From Azolla caroliniana (taxonomy: Eukaryota > Plantae > Polypodiophyta), in contig JBHGNT010000577.1 in NCBI GenBank assembly GCA_043228905.1, forward strand, positions 1 to 20,185: 20,185 bases of DNA, given 5' to 3'. The notes under the pieces are model-generated. The model did not search any database, was not told the origin of the DNA, and saw only the letters and a list, made by a program, of their open reading frames with translations. The position numbers and the translations under genes are program-made. Of this stretch, positions 9,774-19,929 are shown piece by piece. Each line of letters begins with the position of its first letter. The stretch's first letter is position 1.

Positions 9774-10440
9774 ATATTGCCTTGCATCATGCGTTCATGA
9801 TCATATGCTCGGCTATATTTGAGAGGCGAAAACGTGAAAGGAAGCTTGAGCCAACCTCAAGAAAATCTTTGCAGCCAACACACTAGCATGTAAGCTCGAA
9901 CTCCGACAGAAGTTGAATAACATGCAACAGAGGGACATGTCAATCACCAACTATACATTGAAGATCAAGGATATGTGTGATGCCCTCTAGTCTATCAATG
10001 TCATAATTGACGATGATGAAATGGTGCAAATATGCCTGGGCAACCTAGCACCACAATTCAGCACGATCAAATCGGTCCTTTTTGCAAGGGAGAATCCTCC
10101 CTCCTTTTTTGACCTTCAATCGATACTATTGGTTGAAGAAATCATGCCCGACAAAGGAGCAATGCCCCCAATGGTCAGATAATCTACTCCCAATTGGATG
10201 ATGGAAGAGGATTCAGCCGAGGAAACAGAGGCTGATAGGGTCAGCCGACCTGAGAACACAATTCTCATCATCGGCAAGAGGCCAGAAACACTCCTGGGGA
10301 GTTCAGAAGAAGGGGGAGCCATCTTGTCAGAACGAGCCATCAAAATAGCCCAATCGAATGTGGGTATTGTGGAAAACTTGGCCACTATGAAGAGGAAAGA
10401 AGAAACGAGATTTGGCTTCGACTAGCCAACAACTCACAAA
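9774..10440 (+). pseudogene. gag: Element E gag, main part, with damaged CCHC (CGYCGKLGH, ~10358-10385)
   Basis: LRQKLNNMQQRDMSITNYTLKIKDMCD...DDDEMVQICLG is colinear with G ORF 14412-14603. Confidence 0.9.
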
Positions 10441-10539
10441 CTATGCTATGAATTCCGACTATTATGCCATGAATGTTCGTAATGAGGCTCAAGGCACATT
10501 CAATTTCGGCACAAAACCCGACTAGCACCTCTTCCTCAG

Positions 10540-13500
10540 ACAATGAATGGTTTGTAGACTCTAGGGTGTCCAATCACATGACGTTTCACGAAGATTAGTT
10601 CCAAGAGTTGAGAAAGCCCGATCGACCCGGCTATGTCGAACCCGATTCAGCATATCGGAAATGATAGCAAACAAACCTACCTGAAGAACTTCTTGCATGT
10701 CCCAACCATCACGAAAAACCTAGTCTCGATCGGCCAGATTGTCGAACAAGGCATACATGTACAATTCAACAACACCAGGTGCTTTATTGAGAAAGAAGGT
10801 CGACTAGTAGTTCACGTCAAAGAGAACACCAAATGTTCATCCTCGAATTGAATGAGGTGAAGTCGGCTATGTTTGCAAAATGCCTCAAAGTCAAAACTGA
10901 CTTAAAACTATGGCATGAACAAATTGGCCACATCAACCTCCAGAAGCTCAAAGGCATGCAGTGTATGTGAACCTCCCGACTTTTACCGAAAAGGAGATGA
11001 TACGTGTATGTGAAGCCTGTTAGTTTGATGAACAACACCGACAACCATTCCCGAAAGAGAGGACCATGACCAAAGGGATCTTGGATGTTGTACATTCAGA
11101 TGTATGGGCACCGGCACAGACAGCCACATTCGGCGGATGCCGATACTATGTCACGTTTATCGACAACTTCTCTAGGCACACCTGGATTTACCCCATGCAA
11201 CAAAAGAGTGAAGTGTTCGGACACTTCCAAAAATTCAAAACGGAATTCGAAAAGGCAACAAGTCAGCATGTCCGATGCCTTCAATCGGATGGGGGCAAGG
11301 AGTATTTCTCAGACGAATTTAAGGTGTATCTCCGAAAGGAAGGAATTCGACAAGCATTGTCGTGCCGACACACACCTGAGCAAAATAGAGTAGCCGAACG
11401 AAAGAATGGGCACATAGAAGAGGTGGCAAGGGCAATGATGAACAAGAAGCACCTGCCAAAGTCGTACTAGGAAGAAGCAGCTAACACAATCGTTTACCTT
11501 ATCAACATGTGTACAACCTCTAGGGTACACGACATCACCCCTCATGAGAAGTTCTTCAGAAAGAAGCCAGATTTATCCCACATCCGGATATTCAGCTCAA
11601 TAGCCTATGTACATATTCCCAATTAGAAGCGACAAAAGCTTGATCCAATGTTGGAGAAATGTATCCTCATAGGGTACTCACTCGAAAAAAATGAGTACAA
11701 ATTTTACAAACCTATTACCTGAAAAGTTCAAGTGAGTCGGGAAATCGCATTTTGGTACGAATCAAAGAAAACTCTGATTCTGACCCCAATTGACCTGAAA
11801 TTAGTTAAACGGCAGATAGAAGACGAAGATTGACTAAGGGGCATGTTCGAAGAGAGTCCGATTACGACGAAGCTGAGTGGAACACAAGAGTCCCCGAGTG
11901 ACCAAAGCAAATCTCGGTCGAGTCCAAAGCTAGACAAAGGGAAGGCCAAAAGGCCAAAATACGAATATTTGATCGACAACGAGTCAATGCACTCCCTTGA
12001 CAGTGATGTCAAAGGCCTTGACATCCTAATCATCTGAACGAATGGAGCAAAGAAATCCATAGTCTCTACAAACAAGAAACTTTGTCGCTCCACCCAAGAG
12101 AAGAACCCAATCGACCAATTCGGCTACCATTAGTATATGGCATATCATTATGCCTTTATGATGAAGGTAGCAACAGTCCTGGAACCAGAAACCCTTTCCG
12201 AGGCAGCCAATGATGCACGATGGATCAAAGCCATGAACGATGAAATGAAACATGCGATCTCGTTCCCCATTCTACACACAAGAAACCCATCAATTGTAGA
12301 TGGATCTATAAGGTAAAATATAATGCCGACGGTTCGGTAAATCGCTACAAGGCACGACTCATAGCTAAGGGATATGCTCAAACACACGGGCTCGATTATG
12401 AGGAGACCTTTGACCCAGTGGCAAAGTTGACCAATGTTCAGTTAGTCATTGCTCTCGTAGCGGCAAAAGGGTGGCACCTCCACCAAATGGATGTAAAGAA
12501 CACCTTCCTACAAGACGAATTAGAAGAGGAGGTCTTCATGATTCAACCACCCGGTTTCTAATTGAGCAAACACCCGATAGCGGTTTGCTGACTCAAGAAG
12601 CTGCTATATGGACTCAAGCAAACACACCGTGCTTGGCATTCGAAGATCACCCAGTATCTTCATCAAATTGTCTTCCAAATGTCAAAATCGAGTAACTCCC
12701 TACACATAAAAAATGAGTACAACAACCCGATTGTCATCATCCTGTATGTGGATGATCTAGTCATTGGAGGAAAGAATCTAGCTGACATTACTAAAGTCAA
12801 ATCACTCCTATCCGGTAGATTTGAAATGAAAGATATGCACGAGCTCCATACTTCCTCAATATCGAAGTAATTCGGACACCAATCGGGATATTGATCTCTC
12901 AGCGGCACTACATTCTCAACTTGCTCTACACGTTCAGGATGACTAAGTTCAAACCTGTGTCTACCCCTCTCGATCGAAACCTCAAACTCGATGCTGATTC
13001 GGGAACAGAAGATTGCGAGCCTACTCAATATCGTCAACTGATCGGTGGCTTAATCTATCTAACCATCACCCAACCCGACCTCAGCTATCAGGTCGGTTTA
13101 CTTAGCCAATTCATGTAGAAACCTCGGGAGACACATCTTGATTGTGCTAAGAGAGAACTCAATACATTCATGGGACAATGGATTATTGCATTATGTATAA
13201 GTCAAATACGATCATTTGGCTTCAAGGGTACACAGATGCAGATTGGGCCAGCTATAAGGCCGATAGATGATCGGCGTCAGGATTCGTCTTCTACCTCGGG
13301 AGCGGAGCAATCTCCTGGACTAGAAAGAAGCAACTGATAGTCGCACTATCGAGCATAGAGGCCAAATACAGGGGTGGGGCAGTCTCTGCATGTGAGGTTG
13401 TCTTGCTGAAGTACATATTGAAGGATCTAGTTGTTCTTATCAAGGATCTGATTCTCCTATACTATGACAACATGAGCAGTATCTACCTGGCTCGGAACCC

Positions 13501-13700
13501 GGTGTTTCACACGCGAACTAAGCACATTGAAGTACACTATCACTTCATCAGAGAACGCATTCAGGTCGGAGATGTTGACCTATAGCACATCAGCATGAAC
13601 CTTCAGGTTGTCGACATCTTCACAAAAGCCTTAGGAGTCGACAAGCTCGGACAATTTACATCAGACCTTCGTCTCATGATACTTGTATTTTCGGGCTTGA
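10540..13700 (+). pseudogene. pol: Element E pol (PR, IN, RT, RNase H), degenerate
   Basis: WFVDSRVSNHM (~10547); LDVVHSDVW...LQSDGGKEY...AERKN; ILYVDDL (YVDD 12745-12756); GYTDADWA; ARNPVFHTRTKHIEVHYHFIRE; DIFTKAL. Confidence 0.95.
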
Positions 13701-13944
13701 GGGGGACTACCAAATAATAGCAGTAGCCAATCAGACAATCAAATCTGACCAAAGGAGTCAAAATATGATGATTGCAGTCAAGCAGTCGAAACCGCCCTAA
13801 CTGACCATCCGGAAACAGAGCCAAAAGCCTAATCCAGCCGAACAACCGAATCGAAGTAATTCGAAAGTTGACGTCGATTCAGCCGAATCGAAGTATTTCA
13901 AAGACCGGACCAAACTAATTTTTCGGCGTCCAGAAGTTGTGTTC

Positions 13945-13953
13945 AAAGGGGTG
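13945..13953 (+). other. Polypurine tract of element E
   Basis: aaaggggtg directly before tgttgag. Confidence 0.75.
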
Positions 13954-14223
13954 TGTTGAGAATTGAACCCAACTTCCCCAATAAAATGGTTTCACACTAG
14001 CCAATGTACATAGTAGGCTAGTTTTGTAAATTGCAGAAAGGGCAATTCCCCTTAACTAGTTGGTATTTAAACCAACCTTTTGTAACTTAGTAGTCGTTGG
14101 ATGTAAATTATTTTTCTCTAATATAGCTTCTTGTTCTAAGCTCTCTCGCTCTCGCTCTCTACTTGTCTTACGTACACTTGCACACACACAATTCATCTCC
14201 ACCACATAGCATCATCACCTACA
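13954..14223 (+). repeat. Element E 3' LTR
   Basis: Starts tgttgagaattgaacccaac (compare G LTR tgttgagaatcaatctcaac). Ends ...cctaca exactly where G gag sequence resumes. Confidence 0.82.
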
Positions 14224-14903
14224 CCTCGTCCGCCTTGTCCTTGGCCGAATCGGCCTCTCGACCGTCCGCGTCCTCTTCCTCCGTTTGAGTGCGTGTAGAG
14301 CATGTGGCATTCCGACTCATTGCTCCTTGTACGAACGTGGTTTTCTTCGACCAATAGCATTGATTGGAGCTCAAAGAAGGAGGGAGATTTCTCCCGTGCT
14401 AGAACGGCGGTTCACATCGCGCCAAACCGTGGTGCGAGGCCGCCGAGGCATATTTGAACCATCTCATCATCATCGATATTTACGCTTATTGAGCCGAGTG
14501 AATCGCAAAGCTCCTTGATCTTCAAGGTGTATGTCGTGACGGACATGTCCCTTTGTTGAATGTTGTTCAACTCTTGGCGGAGTTGAAGCTTCCTCGCGGT
14601 CATGTTCGCCGCGAAAATCTTTCATAGATTTTCCCATGCCTCCTTTGGCGTCTTGGCTTCACAAATGTAGCCAAGCATGTGATCGTGAACACATGTCGCC
14701 AAGCAATACATCACGCGGCTTGCGGCTTGCTCCCATGTCGCGTATCCGGGAGCCGCTTCGGCAGGTCGGTCTTCATGCGCTCCTTTGATGTAGCTCCAAT
14801 AGCCTTGTCCAACAAGGTATTGGTGCATCTTGTACTCCCAAGATGCGAAGTTGTTTCGATCCAACTTCTCGGTAGGGAGAGCGCTCCCCATTTGAGTATT
14901 CAT
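14224..14903 (-). pseudogene. gag: Element G gag (frameshift near 14622, interrupted at 14224)
   Basis: ORFs 14622-14903 and 14412-14603 are consecutive copia gag segments. Confidence 0.93.
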
Positions 14904-15050
14904 TATGTCGATTCTTCTTCTTCTTCTTCTCTCTTCGAATGCGAGCTATGTAGCGAAGCTACGATAGCGATGAGCCGGTTCTTGGTCGTCGGCGTGGAGC
15001 GCAACACAAGATCATGATGAGGCGAATGGGCTATATCGAGCTACCAAATC

Positions 15051-15062
15051 GCTCTGATACCA
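15051..15062 (-). other. tRNA-iMet PBS of element G
   Basis: Perfect TGGTATCAGAGC on the minus strand. Confidence 0.96.
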
Positions 15063-15452
15063 TGTAAAGAATCAGATATGATTCTTGTGAAGTGGAAGAG
15101 ATGTGAGTTATGTGTGTGTATAAGAGAGAGTGTGTGTGTAAGAGAGAGACAAGGAATAACACAAAGAATACGCAAGGTAGATTGTATTAACAAAGGAGAA
15201 AGACTCAATTGAATACAAGGTGGGAGGAGGGTGCTTTATATAGTCACCCTCTCTCTTCATTAACTACAAGACTCATGGAGCATGGGGAATGTGAAAGCTC
15301 ATAAGTTATGTGTCATAGAATATGATTCTATGACTCATACTAAATGCTAGAATACAAAGAGGTGACATAATGGTGACTCTTGACCGTTGGAGTGTCTATT
15401 CACTCTCAAGGTGAGTTCGCACACTAGACCAAGTTGAGATTGATTCTCAACA
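15063..15452 (-). repeat. Element G 5' LTR (390 bp; TATATAAA on minus at 15235-15242)
   Basis: tgta...aaca ends, adjacent to the PBS, homologous to LTR A. Confidence 0.93.
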
Positions 15453-15740
15453 CATGGAAACCCTAAACGAGAAAAACCATGGGAGAACAAATCTTCCACT
15501 ATACACAGAGAATCCAAAGAACGGTTACAAATATGATTCTATGACTCATACTAAATGCTAGAATACAAAGAGGTGACATAATAGTGACTCTTGACCGTTG
15601 GAGTGTCTATTCACTCTCAAGGTGAGTTCGCACACTAGACCAAGTTGAGATTGATTCTCAACACATGGAAACCCTAAACGAGAAAAACCATGGGAGAACA
15701 AATCTTCCACTATACACAGAGAATCCAAAGAACGGTTACA
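15319..15740. repeat. 211-bp tandem duplication (15319-15529 / 15530-15740) spanning the G/H junction
   Basis: Copies appear identical except taatggtg versus taatagtg. Confidence 0.97.
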
Positions 15741-16033
15741 ACTAAAGCTTTGTCCTAAGTATATTTATACTTATACATGGCATGGGCCATTTACAAATGT
15801 AGCCTCTACTACTCTCATTCCTATTATTATACTAATAATAATAGTTGTTAATAAGCCGATTGATCGACTAGCCGACTCCAGTGTCGACTATCTAATAGGC
15901 CTTGTCTTCGGCTTGGATCGTATGTTGTCGACTCTCTCTCAATCAACTCACCTAGTCGACTCTCCATGACATCGAGTGTCGGCTCTCGGCCCGACCAGTC
16001 AGCTCCTCCCATAGAAGGGACATATTCCTAACA
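15453..16033 (-). repeat. Element H 3' LTR (partial; includes the duplicated segment)
   Basis: Minus strand starts TGTTAGGAATATGTCCC. ggaaaccctaaa...aaaaaccatggga and the AGTATAAATA TATA block are shared with LTRs B and D. Confidence 0.88.
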
Positions 16034-16044
16034 AACTCCCCCTT
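16034..16044 (-). other. Polypurine tract of element H
   Basis: Minus strand reads AAGGGGGAGTT, abutting the LTR. Confidence 0.9.
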
Positions 16045-16059
16045 CACTCCTATGGGTGG

Positions 16060-19000
16060 AATCAGTTTGTCTTGTCCTTTGTCGACAGACCCTGAGTTTG
16101 TCCATCGATAGGTTCTTCATGAGCATGTTGCATCCATTGTCGTCAGTATGGATCTTCACAAGGGTGAACTCCTCGTCATCCACTTTCTCCCGCAACCAGT
16201 GATACCACCTCTGTATGTGCTTGGTTTAGGAGTGATATGTAGCATTCTTGGCTAGATGTATGGAACTCTGATTATCACAATGGAGTAGGAATCTCTCTTG
16301 CTTCATTCCCAACTCACCGAGAAAGTTCCCATCCATATCAGTTCTTTGCAAACCTCTACCACTGCCATATACTCTGTCTCTATGGTTGACAAAGCCACTC
16401 CAAGATCTTTCATGGCAAACAACTTGCCTAGTGTTTCTTCAAGCTCACGATACTCTTTGTGTCTTGTCTGACTATCAAGATGTCATCCACATTCAATAAG
16501 AGAATCAAGAAGTCACCTTGAACATCGTACCTTTTTACGAACACACAATGATGAGCCCGTGTTTTCTGGAACCTATATTCCAGCATGAAGGACACAAACT
16601 TCTTATACCATTGGCATGGAGCTTGTTTCAGACCGTACTACATGTAGATCTCCTCATCCAGGTCCCCATGTAAGAATGTTGTTTTGACATCCAACTGTTC
16701 GATCTCCAAGTCCATACTGTCAACTATGCTCAGAACAGTTTGAATTGATGTCATCTTCACGATTAGTGCGAATATTTCGTCAAAGTCGACACCTATTTTC
16801 TATTGAAACCCCTTCATCACAATGCGGGCTTTATACCTAGGTGCATTGTCGACTTCTCCATTCTTTACCTTATAGACCCACTTATTTTTGACTGCTCTCT
16901 TACCTTTTGGTAGCTCCACCAAGTCGTAAGTATAGTTTTCGTGCAAGGAGTGCATCTCGTCTTGCATCGCACTCTGCCATTTCTCCTTGTGCTCGTCAAC
17001 AATGGCTTCATCATAGCACTAGGTTCACCTTCATCGGTCAAGGAGATGTATTGACTACCATATGTTGTTGGTGCTCTCCTTTCTCTGAGTGGGTATCTCC
17101 TTCCATTTGTTGTCGGCTCCAGTCCGGATGTCTCTACTGACTCTTCTCTTGGCTTGGCTTCATGTGTGTCCATCGTTCATTGCCATCGGTCATTGAGGAT
17201 TTACCGACTCCGACTCGTATTCCTCGATTGACTTCAATAAGTCCGCCAACTCCGAATCATCTGTGTTGGTCAGTTGCTCCAAGTCGACCGACTCGGATTA
17301 GGCTGTGCCGACTAGTTGTCTCCGAACAGCCGACTGTGTCGGTTCGACTAGTCTTAGGTCGGTGGGAGTTGACTGGGGAATCGTTTCTAATTTGTGTTGC
17401 TTCCAGTCCTCTATTGTCTTGTCTTCCAAGAAGACTACGTCCCGACTCCTCACTACCTTCTTGTCGACTTACTGTCGAGCTCCGGCCTATGATCCTTAGC
17501 CACATGCACATACACTAAACATCCGAACACCCTCAAGTGTCAGTAGGAGACATCCTTTCCTGTCCACACCCATTGTGGGACATCACCTTTCAATGGCATT
17601 GAGGGAGACCTATTGATTACATAAATGGTCGTATACAACACCTCAACCCAATACAATTTTGCAGCTTGGCATGCAACAACATGCTCCTTACTCACTCCAT
17701 GATTGTTCGATTCATCCTCTTTGCATCACGTTCAATTCAGGGGTCTTTGGCACTATGTATTCAATTCGAATACCTTCGGCCTTGTAGTATTCTTCGAACT
17801 GCCCTCTATATTTGCCACCGTTGTCGATTTAGATAGCCTTCAACTTCCGACCCGACTCTCGTTCTGCCCTTGCCTGAAACTCCTTGAAGAACGACAATAC
17901 TTGATCCTTCAACTTTAGTACGAAAGCCCACAACTTTCGATTGTAATCATCAATGAACGTTACGAAGTACTGTCCACCTTGATGCGATGGAGATTCCACA
18001 TAGCACACACACGTCAACACTTCTCTTCTTCTTGGTAGTCTTGAGTGGAATGTTGCTCTATTCTGCTTTTCGACTAAGTAGTTGACACAGTTCTCCAAGT
18101 GTACTTCTTTCACTTTTGGGAGAAATTCTTGGTCGGCTAGCAAATGCATTCCCTTCTCACTCATGTGTCCTAGCCTCTTATGCCATAACTCTCCACTCGA
18201 GTCGGCTGCCACGTTCACTTCCGACTTGCACAGTCGGGCATGCATCATATACAATCTTCCCTCTTTCTATGCTCTTGTCAGAATTTCCACTTGTCGTTTC
18301 AGAAGCTACCATTGTAGCCTTCGTCATCCAACCTTTTAGTCGATATCAGATTCAATATGATATCGGGGACATGTTGAACTTCCTTCAGAGTTAGTTGACA
18401 ACCTATTGACATCATTAGTGTTACGGGCATGACCATATAATATCCCATGGTGAGAATTTACCGTAGTATTCTATACACATGGATAAGTGTGAGGGTTAAA
18501 TGAGAGTGTAAAGAAAGGGAGGATTACTTTTAATCCTCGGGATTGAGACAACCCATTAGGCCAAGTGTGAACTTGTTTGGGGGCCTTGGGTCTTGCTATA
18601 AATATGAGGCCTAGCTACCCTAATTTCATCATCTTTTGACTACGTCGAGACTTTGTTCTTGTGGTGGGTCAACTCTTGTAGCGAGTGCACCAGCACCAGG
18701 TACGACTCGACGCCACGACGGTGGTATGGGACGCCGATCGAGGCTCGAGTCTGTCTCGATCCCTTCGCTCAGGGGTGGTTGGGTGGATCGGCACCCTTCT
18801 TTCTCTCTGGCCTTTCTTATTTCTGATATATTTTATCCTTATCATATGCTTACATTAGAGCATCGCTCTAACGATTAGGCTTACACTTCCTATGTTGGCT
18901 ATCTTGCACTCACCATTATCTCCCGTCTTTACATAGCCATGATCATTAGATGTATAAGTCAAGAAACACTCTCTCGATGGAGTTATATGGAAAGAGGCAC

Positions 19001-19060
19001 CCGAGTCGGCTATCTTGCACTCACCATTATCTCCCATCTTTACCCAGGTGCACTCTTCAC
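16060..19060 (-). pseudogene. pol: Element H pol (PR split by solo LTR I; IN; RT-RH with internal deletion)
   Basis: DSGASFHITP; LWHKRLGHMSEKG; YFVTFIDDY; LEIEQLDVKTTFLHGDLDEEIYM; LNVDDILI; HCDNQSSIHLAKNATYHS. Confidence 0.93.
18419..18873 (+). mobile_element. Element I: 455-bp solo LTR of an unrelated family, TSD attag
   Basis: tgtta...taacg (decayed CA). attag at 18414-18418 and 18874-18878. ctataaata at ~18596 suggests plus orientation. H protease rejoins on removal. Confidence 0.9.
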
Positions 19061-19189
19061 TCGCAAGATTTGTGCCTGTTGTTCACAAATGATCAGGATC
19101 TCCTCTACACTTGTAGCTACGACTGATGTGCCTTTTTCATCAGGAATCTTCCTGGGTTCAACATCATTACCGACACCTTTGTTCTTCTT

Positions 19190-19925
19190 GACGTGTCAGC
19201 AATCCTTTTGGAAGTGTCTAGGTTTCCCACAATAGAAGCATGTCAATTTTCCTCTAGACTTACACTTGGTTGGGGACTTGTCTCTTCTTTGTGGACTTCT
19301 TTGTTGGTTCCTTCCTCTACCAGTATGTTGAGTCAAGTTTGACTCCGACAAGGACAATTTTCTTGTCCTTCCTTCTTGTCTCCTCGTTCAAGATGCTTGT
19401 CTTCACAGCTTCTAGACACAAGTTCTCTTCTTGACACGAGGTGCTGAGAGTTACCAGCAGATTCTCCCAGTTGTTCGGCAGGGTACACAATAGAAGGATG
19501 GCCTGCAAGGCATCCTCAAGGGGAAACTTGGTTGCCACAAGTTGGTTCACATACTCCATGAATGTGCTTACATGCTCCACTATGCTTTCTCCATCCCTGT
19601 ATTTCAACCTTACAATGTTTCTCATCAAAGATGTTTTGTTGAGGGCGTTCTTCCTCTCATATAGATTTGACAGCTTCTACCACATCTTGTGGGCCTTTGT
19701 GTCGTTCACCACATGATGAAGGACACTTACATAGATGTACTGTCAAATGGTGTCCACCACCTTCCTATTAAGAAGTTTCCATTACTACCCCCATGGGTAT
19801 TTCTGCTCGGTCGATGGGCTCATACAGGTCTTTAACTATGAGAAGGTCTTCCATCTTTATCTTCCAATCTGCATAGTTCTAAGAGTTTAGAACTATCATG
19901 TTGGCATAAAAGACCGACTCCTTCT
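19190..19925 (-). pseudogene. gag: Element H gag with CCHC knuckle (CFYCGKPRHFQKDC, ~19199-19240)
   Basis: MIVLNS*NYADWKIKMEDLLIVKDLYEPI; ORF 19317-19628 (LLLCTLPNNWENL...ILNEETRRK). Confidence 0.92.
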
Positions 19926-19929
19926 ACTT

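Larger units (their letters stand above)
3989..14223 (+). mobile_element. Element E: Ty1/copia (A/G lineage), 5' end outside the window, interrupted by C
   Basis: Removing C rejoins gag as KMYEYLVGQAYWSYIEGA...SRVLY|CLASCVHDHMLGYI. Followed by PR, IN, RT, RH, PPT and 3' LTR. Confidence 0.92.
14224..15452 (-). mobile_element. Element G: 5' LTR, PBS, leader and gag; interrupted by E
   Basis: LTR 15063-15452, PBS 15051-15062, gag runs to the RG-rich segment (GGRGRGRSRGRFGQGQGGR) at the junction. Confidence 0.93.
15453..19925 (-). mobile_element. Element H: degenerate Ty1/copia (B lineage); 3' LTR interrupted by G, 5' LTR/PBS not recognised
   Basis: gag, CCHC, DSGAS, IN, RT, RH, PPT and LTR in copia order on the minus strand; integrase closely parallels B's. 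Confidence 0.92.

Noticed and set aside
10116-10573. Alternative-frame and antisense ORFs around E's gag end
   Set aside because: Off-frame readings of the RG-rich and zinc-knuckle region. The same applies to the many shadow ORFs over pol.
491-15452. LTRs A and G as the two LTRs of one 15-kb element
   Set aside because: Each has its own PBS and gag on the same side, so both are 5' LTRs, and they are clearly diverged.
15319-15740. Repeat as a CRISPR array or a TRIM/mini-element LTR pair
   Set aside because: Two directly adjacent 211-bp copies with no spacers, PBS or PPT; the unit straddles an insertion junction.
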